64,000 nucleotides of DNA from Eledone cirrhosa (lineage: Eukaryota): NCBI GenBank assembly GCA_964016885.1, contig OZ024750.1:36642001-36706000 (forward strand), written 5' to 3'. This document shows positions 36,652 to 48,595 of this stretch, in pieces (the stretch's first letter is position 1; every line of letters begins with the position of its first letter). The notes below the pieces were generated by a model, which ran no database searches, was not told the origin of the DNA, and saw nothing but the letters and a program-made list of their open reading frames with translations. A program made the translations under genes and the position numbers.

Positions 36652-37090
36652 TATATACTGTAGCATTAAGAAAATAAACACAACATAACACTCAACAAAA
36701 ATATATAATGTGTAACAGAGGAATATGAACTTGAATCAAGTATTGTTTTATTGCAGCCTATTACTTATGTAAGACAAAATCAGGAAAAAAACAACAAAAT
36801 TACAGTTCATTATATGAAAACTCTATTTTAGCAAATAAATAGCCAAGTTTTGTACTGGAGTGTATCACAAGATAGGTTAAGAAAGATGAAGATCTATAAA
36901 TACCATTAGTTATTAATCTCTTGTTTCTTTGATGCCCAGCGGAAACAATTTATTCAGATTAATACACTTTGAAATATTTGCTTGATGCAATAATTCTTTT
37001 CTTCTTCCTTCTCTCTTCTCTATTTCTTTCCAGTCATATTTTCTCATCATTTCCATCTACACGTCCCCCACCCTCTTTTGTAACTCTTTC

Positions 37091-37155
<65 letters not shown>

Positions 37156-37425
37156 TATGAAGTATCAGTAGTTATATACATGTTATATGCATATGAAGCA
37201 AAATATATTAACATGCACATATTTGCAAAGACATGATGACCTCCATATTGCTTATGTCAGGATAAAATGGACTGAGGAGTGAGAGGGGTTGTGTGTAAGC
37301 AAGTTCTAAACTGCTGATCTTTCTGTGGTGTCAGTGCCTCCACTTGAACACCAATACGGTTTGCTGATCACCCATCTAACACTTGATAGCAGAGAAAGCT
37401 GGCATTAAATGATGATATATAAATA

Positions 37426-37611
37426 TTTGTTTCTACTTTTGGCACAAGGCCAGCAATTATCCCAGTGCATTACTGGTACTTTATTTTATCGACCCCGTAA
37501 GGATGAAAGGCAAAGTCAACCTCGGCGGGATTTGAACTCAGATCGTAAAGGGACGTAACTATGCTGGAAAGCATGGCGTCCGACCCTCTACCGATACTGC
37601 CAATCCACCGC
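37426..37611 (-). mobile_element. SINE family A
   Basis: Consensus match. Confidence 0.85.
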
Positions 37612-37690
37612 ATTATAATAACATATATATATATATATATTATTATAAAATTATATTATTATATTATTATATTGCTTTGTTATATTTCGA

Positions 37691-37748
37691 ATACCTGATG
37701 ATGTCACCGGATTCATACTGAACCCGGTCATTGAAATGATCATAGTAT
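37691..37748 (+). ncRNA. Minimal type I hammerhead ribozyme motif at the head of a Penelope-like pLTR (~37685-37900)
   Basis: atac-CTGATGA-tgtcaccgg/.../ccggtcatt-GAAA-tgatca-TA-gtat; palindromic stem/loop III; aataaa follows. Confidence 0.65.
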
Positions 37749-38280
37749 AATAAACCTTTTAAAGAATTACACCAGTCCAGCCTCCTGTTAATTTATAATA
37801 ATTAACTCCAAACTCGCACCACCAACAACACAAACGAAGATGGGTGAGTTGCATTACGTTGAGTGCTCTCTCTAATATTACATCGAGGTTGACCATACGG
37901 AATATATAATTGTAAATTATTGATATTTAAACATCTACTGACAAAATTTCAAGCCTGCGCATAGAAAATTAAGAAAATTACAAACAAATAAAATTGATAA
38001 CCCTCTTGAGTACAATTAACTGAAAATAATGTGAATAGATAAACATGACATTTGACAAATTAATGTGAATGCTAAAGGGTTAAAGTATTTTCCCATTATG
38101 CATCGAGTTTTAGTAGTATATAGATAACAGGCTGAATGAGTTGGGGTGTAGAACCCAACGAAACTTAAGTAGCTGTATATGTCACTTTTGTAACTAATTA
38201 TACCTAATTTGTTCTATGGGCTGAGTACCTTTACCCTAGGCTATTTCTACCAAACCTATACTACAGTGTGTGTTTGTGTA

Positions 38281-38710
38281 TCATCATCATCATCACTGTT
38301 TTACGTCTGACCTTCCACGCTAGTATGAGTTAGACGGGTTGTTCTGTTGTGGGTAGTGTTTGGTCAGCTGACCTTGTCGTTCTCATACGGGAACTGATTC
38401 TGGCTTGATCTCTACAGCTGAATGCCCTTCCTAACACCAACCTCATTTACAGTGAGTGCTGGGTGCTTTTTTTTCCGTGGCGCCTACACGTCCACTTTAC
38501 AGTGTGGGTTGGGTGCTTTTTTGCTGTGGCACCTCCACGACCACTTTATAGTGGGAGGGTGTGGGGGCATATTGTCTATATGCTTCAGCTTCGGCTTGTA
38601 CCCATGGAGGCTCAGGTCTTCTGTATTACTACATGACGCCAGAGGTCATGGTCCTGTGTCATCACCTTTGAAAAGTGTAATTGGGTAAGGTTGGCTTTTA
38701 TCACCTCATG
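38281..38710 (-). mobile_element. RTE LINE 3' end (subfamily 2)
   Basis: Matches 30452-30890. Confidence 0.85.
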
Positions 38711-38857
38711 TGTATGTGAATATATATTTACATTTTCGCTATGGAGATATTTGGACATCATCGGTAATTGTTATTTATATTATTTTAATAGATTCTGATG
38801 AAAAAGTGGAACTTCTTACTGTATTGATAGAAACATTCATAAATGAATTAAATAATT

Positions 38858-38917
38858 AAAGAACCAGGATTAAATTACATTAAATTATAATTTAATGTAA
38901 TTTAATCCTGGTTCTTT
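38858..38917. repeat. Perfect 60-bp palindrome
   Basis: aaagaaccaggattaaattacattaaatta|taatttaatgtaatttaatcctggttcttt. Confidence 0.95.
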
Positions 38918-39609
38918 TATTCATATATATATATATATGTGGTTGGTTTTAGATAGGGCATCCAGCTGTAAAAAATCACAGCCAAAATACAGTTCTGTCT
39001 GAGCAAGATATGGTGCGGCCAGCTGGCTTGACTTGTCTCATGAGATGGGCAACATCTAACGCATGCAAGCATGGAAAAATAGATTTTAATGGCGATGCGA
39101 CTAGCTAACACTGTAATTTTAGGTCTAACCAAACGACACTGACACTGCACATGAAACTCAATGAATGTCCTCTAAGTTAAACAATTTGATATCTAAACTA
39201 ACAACAAATAAGGCTTCCTCTGTAAATAAATATAATTATATATGAATAGAGATAGTAAATATAGTTATGATTCTCAACTGAAAACAGTAATAAATTTGGA
39301 AATTCAGTGACCAATAAATAAAGAATAAATCATAAAAGATAGAACCAGAAAAGAAGATTTGAAGGAAATTTGCCAGTTTCTGAAAGTTCACAGAAAAGTC
39401 TGAATGACAGTAAAGAATCATTGTTATTCATAGTTAGCTAAAGAGAGAGGGAGGGGGAAGGAAATTCAATAAAACAGAAGATTAATTCTTTATTTCCTAT
39501 TCTTATGTTTCTGAAGCTAACCAAATGTTCATCTTTGGAGATAATAACTGAAAGACATTTCACTTTATGAGCAATAAGTGATGTAATCATCAACTGTATA
39601 TATATATAT

Positions 39610-39643
<34 letters not shown>

Positions 39644-39934
39644 TCACTGTCTAGGTAGATTGCACCAGTTTTATTTTATCAATGTTATCATCTTTACTTT
39701 ATCGATGGAGTTATTAAATAGATCAGTTCAGGTATATTTTCCAATAATTTTCAGTAATTCATGAATACGAGTAATTTAGAAATTCATCAATAGATATATA
39801 AATACATTTCCCTCCATTTCAATACAGCACTGCTACAATCTCTTGGAGGAATAATATTTAGTTTTATTTTAGTAGTGTTACATGTTTCGAGAAATACTTA
39901 AATTTTAGTACACATTGCTACATGTTTCGAGATG

Positions 39935-40156
39935 TAACGCTTTAGCATTTAAACAGGCGATATCTGGCCACAATTCTCTCACTTCACCTCTTTGTTTTAA
40001 ACCAGCTGTAACCGACCACTCATACTTATGTTAAGATATTGTTCTCAAAATAAATATTAAAATCTTGTAGATACGATATTATGTGAGATAATTTTCTGAG
40101 GTAAAGATTTTACCATGAATATATAATAGTAAATATAGAGTAATGTATATGCTAAA
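39935..40156 (-). mobile_element. piggyBac-like MITE, degenerate ends
   Basis: Matches 29383-29598. Confidence 0.7.
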
Positions 40157-40431
40157 TTGTCAATACATTGTAGCGGATAAAATGTTATTCTTTTGATAGA
40201 TGTTTGATGAAAATAATAATGCCATAATTGTGATGTTAACAATGTTTATTTTACAATAACAATATGTCACAATTTATCGCTACATTAATTTTCTGGCTAG
40301 CTACTTCAAGCTAGTGTGCATGCATGAATCAATTTGACGTTACAATATTACAGTAAGATGGAAGAATAGAATGAGCGTAGAATGTTAACAATGTGAACTT
40401 ACTATGTATGTCTGAGTGTGTGTCTATTCTT

Positions 40432-40773
40432 ATCATCATCATCATCATCATTATTTTACGTCCACTTTTCCCTGCTTGCAAGGGTGGGACGGGAACTGAT
40501 TCTGGCTTGATTTCTACAGCTGGATGCCCTTCCTAACACCAACCTCATTTACAGTGAGTGCTGGGTGCTTTTTGCCGTGGCACTTACCCGACCACTTTGC
40601 AGTGGAATGATAGGGACCCCAGTCCCTATCATCTCATTTCTACAGCTGAGTAAACTGGAGCAATGTGAAATAAAGTGTCTTGCTCAAGGAAACAACACAT
40701 ACCCGGTCTGAGAATTGAACTCACAACCTTTCGATTACAAGGCCAATGCTCTAACCACTAAGCCATGTGCCTC
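40432..40773 (-). mobile_element. SINE family B, full length
   Basis: Consensus match. Confidence 0.85.
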
Positions 40774-41288
40774 TTAGAATACGTTATTCGTCTCAAGGAC
40801 TACTGCTTCATGTCTGGCTGTCGTCTGTGGCCAAGAAGGTGAGAGCCAGTAAGGGCCAGGAGAGAGAAAGGGTAAAAGGTCTGCTGATGCATACATGATT
40901 ATCTCTCACTGACTGCTGCTTCGGGTATGTATTGGGTTTCCTAAGTCCTTGTATTTATAGCTAAAAGGCTGTGTATATGAATTGATTTATGGACAGTCAT
41001 CTGTGTTTCTCCTGTCTACAAGCTGGGGTCACAGGTCAAGTGGTATGTACGTTAATCATAGTTGTCTTTTGACAAGACAATGGTGGGAACCTCCAACAAT
41101 AGATGGTCCCAGAGGCGAGAAACCTCAGATTCGGTTTCAAATCCTCGCCGGTAAAATATAGGAGTATTCCGTTATAACTTAAATACATGTTTAGAGAAAT
41201 AATACCTAGTTTCATTTTAGTACAATGCTACATGTTTCGAGAAAGAGTACTTTAATCTTAGTACTCAATACTACATGTTTAAAGAAAT

Positions 41289-41734
41289 AATTGTTTCTAC
41301 GTTAGGCACAAGGCCAGCAATTACCCAGTGTATTACTGGTACTTTATTTTATCGACCCCGTAAGGATAATAATACTAACATTTCATAAAAAAAACATACA
41401 ATAATATAGTTTTTAGATATATGTAAAAAGACATCATAATGTAATTGTTTCTACTTTTGGCACAAGGCCAGCAATTACCCAGTGCATTACTGGTACTTTA
41501 TTGTATCGACGCCGTAAGGATGAAAGGCAAAGTTAACCTCAGCGGGATTTGAACTCAGAATGGCAAGGGCCGTAACTCAATGCATCAAAGCATGGCGACC
41601 GACCCTCTACCGATAATGCCCTTTACAATAATTGTTTCTATTTTAGGCACAAGGCCAGCAATTACCCAGTGCATTACTGGTACTTTATTTTATCGACCCC
41701 GTAAGGATGAAAGGCAAAGTCAACCTTAGCGGGA
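41289..41734 (-). mobile_element. Cluster of three SINE A copies or fragments
   Basis: aattgtttctac...tactggtacttta repeated at ~41289, 41443 and 41630. Confidence 0.8.
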
Positions 41735-41790
41735 TAATATATCTCAATTAGGTACGTGAAATTAAATTAGATGTGACCATAACTTTAACT

Positions 41791-42029
41791 GAGAGGTTTT
41801 CAAAGTGGGTGTTACTACCCCTGGGTGGCACTGAGAAGGTCCAGGGGTTGCTGTAGCCTAAATGGGGGGGGGGGTTAAAGATAATGCAATAGTATATTAA
41901 ATATCAAATGATATATATATATATATATATAGTAAAATAAAAAATATATATTATTTACAATTTGCATGTAGGCAGGTCTCTTTGTTAATACGGTTGGGGG
42001 CGGTGGCCTAAAAAGTTTGAGGACCTCTG
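41791..42029 (+). mobile_element. hAT-type MITE
   Basis: Ends gagaggttttcaaa ... tttgaggacctctg; 8-bp flanks ctttaact and ctttaaat. Confidence 0.6.
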
Positions 42030-42152
42030 CTTTAAATGAATAATTGTTTCTACTTTTGGCACAAGGCCAGCAATTATCCCGGTGCATTACTGGTACTTTA
42101 TTTTATCGACCCCGTAAATGAATAATATAGTCTAATTTTAAATGAATAATAT

Positions 42153-42271
42153 AGTCTAATAATAACAGGGCATATAAACTCACTAAACGGAAAAAGATGG
42201 ACATCAGCACACACCGATGTCCATCTTTCCCCATTCAGTGTGCTTATACACCCTATTATCATTATTAGACT
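42153..42271. repeat. Imperfect ~120-bp palindrome (MITE-like)
   Basis: agtctaataat...aaagatggacatc / gatgtccatcttt...attattagact. Confidence 0.75.
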
Positions 42272-42278
42272 GTTTTAG

Positions 42279-42621
42279 GATTCGAAGTTTGAAAACCACG
42301 ACAATGCTGGTTGGATGGAAAATGATTAAAATGTAAGAAACAGGAGTTGTTTTTTTACCTTAATTTATTCATATTTTAAGATATTTCAAGATTAATATCT
42401 CTTCTTCAGAGAAAAATTAAGGAACTATTCCAGTGTCTGATGAGGCTTGCTATACCATGCTGGCCAGACTGGAATAGTTCCTTTGTTTTCCTCAGGAGAA
42501 GACATATTAATCTCAAAATATCAGGACATGAATAAATTAAGGTAAAAAACAACCCCTGTTTTTTATGATTTAATTAATTTGCATCCAACCGGTATTGTCA
42601 TGGCTTTCAAACTTCGGAGTC
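42279..42621. mobile_element. ~340-bp fold-back element centred on a hammerhead 5' half
   Basis: ~155-bp diverged inverted arms; centre ttccagtgt-CTGATGA-ggc...gcc-agactggaa; aataaa in the right arm. Confidence 0.7.
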
Positions 42622-44044
42622 TTTATATCATATACAATGCTTCAAGTAAACTACAAATTCTTTCTAGACTATTTTATTTAGTCAAAGTTACAGTGAGATC
42701 TCCTAAATCAATTTTCAAACTCCGCTTGATGTTTTCTAAATATACAAACTTGAAATATTAAAACTTACGTTTAATTTAATTCTGATGTATAACTTATCTA
42801 GAACAGTTTAAATAATACCCTTTCATCTTTTGAAAAAAAAGTTTAGATGAGAGATGATATATTATCTAAATAAACAATTGTTTGTATAGCATAGTTTATA
42901 CCTCAATGTTTTCAATAGAGCACAATGAATACAAGAAGTGACATTTTGAACAGAAGAACATTTGAAATTTTTATCACATAATGTCATTTCTATTAACACA
43001 AAAGTATCTGAAGATATAAAGACAAACTAATCTAAACACGTTAACAAGGTAGCTTGTACTTAAAATAGTTCTCTATTATCAAGAGAGTTTTAAACTGAAC
43101 ATTCAGAGTTCATAATAGAAATTTGTACAATGCAGATTTGGTTTATCTTATTTCTTTTCTTTTAACTTCTTGAAATCTTTTCTTTTACTCTCTTTGTTTC
43201 AAGTTCTTCTAATATCTAGAAACATTTTTCATGACAGCTTTATTATTATTATTGTTGTTGATGTTATTGTTGTTTTTATTATTATTGTTGTTATCATCAT
43301 TTTTTTACTTCTGATTATGTCAATTTTTTTTTCGACAACATTATCAGAGAATTCAATATTTCTTGAATCATAGGCAGACAGAAAAAGACATTTTTTTTTT
43401 TGCTAGGAACAAGAATCTATGCCAAATATTAAGCATACAGTATGAAAAGATTTATTGTTTTTGTTGAAAGATTGTAGAAAGTAAGAACATAAAATGCCCC
43501 ATATCATAAAATGTTATCCATCTGTCATTCTTATTTACTGACATAATATATGAATGTGTACCTTTTTGTCTCTCTTCTGTGTATGCCTATGTATGTATAT
43601 ATATATATATATTACACATGTACCAACTGTAAGTTCCATTTTACACTCATTTCAATTATTTATATATAATCTCTCTTAGATTTCCTGGAGAAATGTCCTT
43701 AGCTTTCAAAGGTTATGTGATTTATAGATACGAGAACTATGTATCAGCTTATATCCTCGTTGTCACATTCATTTCCTCTATGAAGTTTTATGAGTCTTAA
43801 AATGTTGCTACAACACCTGCTCTATAACTGTACAAAGATGTACTGGAGTCATGACAAAAATATCTGGTTCACCCTGTAAGGTGGTTGTGGTGGCACAATT
43901 AAAAAACAAAAAAGGGTTCCAGTACATATTGCATTGCGGTAGGAGTTAGGAAGGGCAGAAGTCACAGAAACCAAGCCAAAATCCGATCAGTATGAACAAG
44001 ACATGGACACCTGCTCTACCTCACTTCATAGCATAACAACCCAT

Positions 44045-44447
44045 TTAACTCTTTAGCATTTACATTACTTCATATTTAATACTGTATTTTCACAGTAAAG
44101 GCTTTACCTCACATAATATCGAATCTATGAGATGTTGGTATTATTTATTTTGAGAAAGGGCGATGGATTGGCAGTATCGGTAGAGGGTCGGACGCCATGC
44201 TTTCCAGCATAGTTACGTCCCTTTACGATCTGAGTTCAAATCCCGCCGAGGTTGACTTTGCCTTTCATCCTTACGGGGTCGATAAAATAAAGTACCAGTA
44301 ATGCACTGGGTAATTGCTGGCCTTGTGCCAAAAGTAGAAACAATTATTTATTTTGAGAACAATACTTTAACATCAGTATGAGTGGCCAGTTACAGTTATT
44401 TTGAACAGAAAGAGGTGAGAGAACTCTGGCCGGTTTAAATGCTAAAG
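44045..44447 (+). mobile_element. piggyBac-like MITE interrupted by SINE A (44157-44342)
   Basis: 17-bp TSD attatttattttgagaa at 44140-44156 and 44343-44359. Confidence 0.85.
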
Positions 44448-44851
44448 CATGGAAAAATCGATGTTAAATCATAGTAAATGGTGATGATAAAGATGTGTAT
44501 GTATTTATCTATAAAAATTCTTCCATTCTCATAATTACTCTTTTAGTTCTACTTAAAGGGGTGCATTCTACTAGTTAGAAGATTTATTTAGTGCCTATAC
44601 CTTTTGTTTGGAAGAACCAGACCCAATATGCTATGCTTGATGATGTACAGGCAGGTGTTAAACCTGTGACACAGAGGTTCACAGACAGCATGAAGGTATG
44701 GTTGCCAGTTGTGAAGCATGTTTTTACTCAGCTCATCTCTTTGATGTAACTGTAATTAATGGGTGACTTCATCTCTTACTCCTCCTGTGGCAATAAAAGC
44801 AGAAATTATCATCATCATCATCATTACCATCCACTAAATATATATAAATAA

Positions 44852-45611
44852 CTAGCAGTGGTACCCAGTGTTGCATGGGATAAGGTATTTTGGAATGCGG
44901 GCTGCCAACAGACCTAATCGTGGAAAAACTGCATTCCTCGACAATATGTAAAGAAAATAAACTGAATACTCTGATGGCTGGATAATCTTTAAGATTTTCC
45001 TCGATGAAGCAGGAAAAATGCAGGTTTTCACCTAATGCATCAAGAAAATGAATTTTTTTTTATGTGCATAATATACCTTGAAATTTCGGGAAAATCGGCT
45101 AGACGTAACCCTAAAAAGAGCCCTAAAAAGTTGAAAAAATGAAATTTTTCACCTAATGCCATAAAAAAGTTGGATTTTCTTTGCTCACGGTATGAAGAAG
45201 AGACTGACTAATACATAGTTACAATTTCAAGGAAATCGGTCTGACGTAATGCCTCAAAATACCCCTAAAAAGCTGAAAAAACACAGTTTTCCATCTAATG
45301 CGGACCCTAGGGGATCAAAAAGTTGAATTTTTTATGTGCATAACACACTCTGAGTAACTTTTGTTCTCGTAAAGGCATGTAAGTAAGCAGCACTGTGAAA
45401 ACTGAAGCTATTATAGCAATGTTTTTCTTTACCGGCTTTAATTTTTAGTGTTGTGAAATTTTTTTGCTCAGAACACTCCCTGAAACATAAGTATTACATG
45501 TGTAAAGTTTGAAAACAGTTGGGTGCTTCTCGAGTTTCAGGTATTCAAACTCACACACACACACACACAGACAAACATCCTCAGTTTTATATATATATAT
45601 ATATATATAGA
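44852..45611 (-). mobile_element. Non-autonomous Helitron
   Basis: Minus strand A|TC start and CTAG|T end with subterminal hairpin; matches the 56884-57800 element. Confidence 0.85.
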
Positions 45612-45613
45612 TG

Positions 45614-45790
45614 ATTGTTTCAAATTTTGGCACAAGGCCAGCAATTATGCCAGTGCTTTTTACTGGTACTTTATTCTATTGACTCCGTAAGAATGAAAGG
45701 CAAAGTTAACCTCGGTGGGATTTGAACTCAGACCATAAAGGGCTTTAACTCTACGCTGCAAAGGATAGCATCCAACCCTCTACCGCTACT
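45614..45790 (-). mobile_element. SINE family A
   Basis: Consensus match. Confidence 0.8.
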
Positions 45791-45859
45791 GAGCAAATCA
45801 GTAGGGTCAGAGAATGTCTCTTTCACTTTTACATTCAGTGAAAAATTTGAATCATTATG

Positions 45860-46250
45860 TTGGATTGGCAGTATCGGTAGAGGATCGGACGCCATGCTTT
45901 GACGCATAGAGTTACGGCCCTTGCCATTCTGAGTTCAAATCCCGCCGAGGTTAACTTTGCCTTTCATCCTTACAGGGTCGATAATATAAAGTACCAGTAA
46001 TGCACTGGGTAATTGCTGGCACTTTATTTCACATTGCTCCAGTTTACTCAGCTGTAGAAATGAGATGATAGGAACTGAGGTCCATATCATTCCACTGCAA
46101 AGTGGTCGTGGAGGTGCCACGGCAAAAAAGGGCACCCAGCACTCACTGAAAATGAGGTTGGTGTTAGGAAGGGCATCCAGCTGTAGAAATTAAGCCAGAA
46201 TTAGTTCCCGTCCCACCCTTGCAATCACGGAAAAGCGGATGTAAAATGAA
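45860..46250 (+). mobile_element. SINE A / SINE B chimera
   Basis: SINE A runs to gctggc (46020), then SINE B continues from actttatttcac to the tail. Confidence 0.8.
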
Positions 46251-46264
46251 AAATAAATGTGTGT

Positions 46265-46334
<70 letters not shown>

Positions 46335-46410
46335 CCCGGGTTCAATCAGGAGTAACCACAGTAAGTAAGGTACTCAATACATAGCAGAGTATAGATATTT
46401 AATACAGAAA

Positions 46411-46464
46411 TGGATTCTACAGGTCTAGAACTGTTTCATTCAATGGAAATCATCAGGAAAGCCA
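46411..46464 (-). ncRNA. Minimal hammerhead ribozyme motif (family H2) in a pLTR fragment at ~46333-46560
   Basis: tggctttc-CTGATGA-tttccattgaat-GAAA-cag ttctagac ctg-TA-gaatcca. Confidence 0.65.
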
Positions 46465-46743
46465 ACTGTCAATGTGATATGGTGGTATTTATGCACTTTC
46501 TTGTGGTAGGGTAAGGTGGTGGTTGGGATGGGTGGAGGTCATTGGTTGGTGGATTTAAAGATGGGGGATTCTTTGAAAAACTATATTTAGAGAAAAATAC
46601 AAATGAAGGCACTCCTAATTTTCAAGGTTCACTTATTCTAAGCAAACAAAAGGTTATTAAGTCGTTGTACTAACATGCTCTGTTAAAGTCAGCAAAATGA
46701 TCAGGTGTTTACAATCACACACACACACACCCACTCTCTCTCT

Positions 46744-46805
<62 letters not shown>

Positions 46806-47093
46806 AATTAGAATAATAACAAATTTACTGACTTGAATCGTTGCCAAGTAGGTAAGAGCAAAATAAAAATAACAAAATGATGAGAATTTTATTAAACATG
46901 GAGTATCGCTCATACAAATAGCAATATGATACTTGATACTCAAAAGCTATTGTCAAAATAAACTGTTGAAGATAAACATCTTTTACACTAAACCCTACAA
47001 ATAACAATGAATTCACTCTTATTAAAATGAACAAAGAGAAATAAATTGGCTGACATTCAAAGAGAAACTGGTGTGTAGTCAGCAAGAGTTATA

Positions 47094-47362
47094 ATGTTTC
47101 TACTTTTGGCACAAGGCTAGCAATTACCCCAGTGCATTACTGGTACTTTATTTTATCGACCCCTAATAATAATAATAATTGTTTCTACTTTAGGCACAAG
47201 GCCAGCAATTACCCAGTTCATTACTGGTACTTTATTTTATCGACCCCGTAAGGATGAAAGGCAAAGTCAACCTCGGCGGGATTTGAACTCAGATCGTAAA
47301 GGGACGTAACTATGCTGGAAAGCATGGCGTAGACCCTCTACCGACTCTGCCAATCCACCGCC
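47094..47362 (-). mobile_element. SINE A fragment plus a full copy
   Basis: Consensus match, separated by (taa)n. Confidence 0.8.
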
Positions 47363-47394
47363 TTTAATAATAATAATAAGAAGAAGAATGGGAA

Positions 47395-47590
47395 AAGATA
47401 AGGAACTATTCAGTTGAGAGTAGAAACAGTATGGCTGTGGAATGTGTCAGCAAATGTGATTCCTGTTGTTATTGGTGTACTCGGATTGATACCAAAGAAA
47501 TTAGAGAACTTGGAATACAACCTAACATTTCCTGCCTTTAAAAATGAGCTCTTCTTGGTTCAGCCCATATCTTCTGAAAGGTTCTGGTCA
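47395..47590 (+). mobile_element. R4/Dong-like RLE element, 3' fragment
   Basis: LWNVSANVIPVVIGVLGLIPK; preceded by (taa)n. Confidence 0.6.
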
Positions 47591-47814
47591 CCTGAAGTCA
47601 CCAGACTTGATGGTTAATTTGTTTACATCAGGTGATAATAATTGTTTCTATGTTAGGCACAAGGCCAGCAATTACCCAGTGTATTACTGGTACTTTATTT
47701 TATCGACCCCGTAAGGATGAAAGGCAAAGTTAACCTCGGCCGGATTTGATAATAATGAAATAAATGTTAACCTCGGCCGGAAATGATAATAATAATAATA
47801 AAACTGATCTCATG

Positions 47815-48595
47815 TTTGATACCCAAGCTGGACAGACTAGGGAAACTTCTGCAACTAGTGCGACTAAGCATATAAAATTAATGGCAAAAACAAAAGAGCA
47901 AGAACAATTAGCATCAAAGTGGGAGCAGAAACCTCTACGTGACAAATATGTGGTCTGTATAAACAAGCTGATGTTGACAAGCTTACTGACACAGAATTAC
48001 CAGGCCAATGTGATGAGAAATGGAGTAAATCCAAAGTGCCAAGTCTGCAATGTTAAGGTTGAAACAGTGGACCACTTAATCTTTGGATGTAAAGTTTTAG
48101 CACCAGTAGAGTACAAATATAGACATGACAGAGTTGGCCAATATCTACACTGGGTAATATGTCGGCATTATAAAATCAAAACTGATGACCGGTGGTTCAA
48201 TCATCACCCTGAGGCTGTAACTGAAAGAGTAACAATTCTTCGGGACATTCCTGACATACTGATCAGACCATAAAAGCTAATAGACCAGATACCATTCTAA
48301 AAGACCAACATACCAAGGTCTGTTTATTGCTTGATATGAGCATCCCATATGATTACAATATCGCAGCAAAAGAATTTGATAAGTTAAGAAAATATAAAGA
48401 TCTGCTTATTGAAATCGAAATAACGTGGCACCTCAAGGCCGTTACAATACCAGTGATTGTAGGAGCACTGGGAATGATCAAGAAAGGAACAGAACAGTAT
48501 TTGCGAATGATCCCTTGTTTACCCTCTCTGCAAGAGGTGCAAACAATTGTTTTAACTGGTACTGTACACGCATTGAGAGGAGCACTATCTCTCTG
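47815..48595 (+). mobile_element. R4/Dong-like non-LTR retrotransposon C-terminus (CCHC finger + PD-(D/E)xK endonuclease), frameshifted
   Basis: CQVC..ETVDHLIFGC, RHDRV, NRPD, LLLDMSIP, KLRKYKDL, IPVIVGALG. Confidence 0.85.

Noticed and set aside
43140-43380. Possible Asn/Lys-rich exon on the minus strand
   Set aside because: Low-complexity sequence, stops in the frames I read, and no convincing splice sites or homology.
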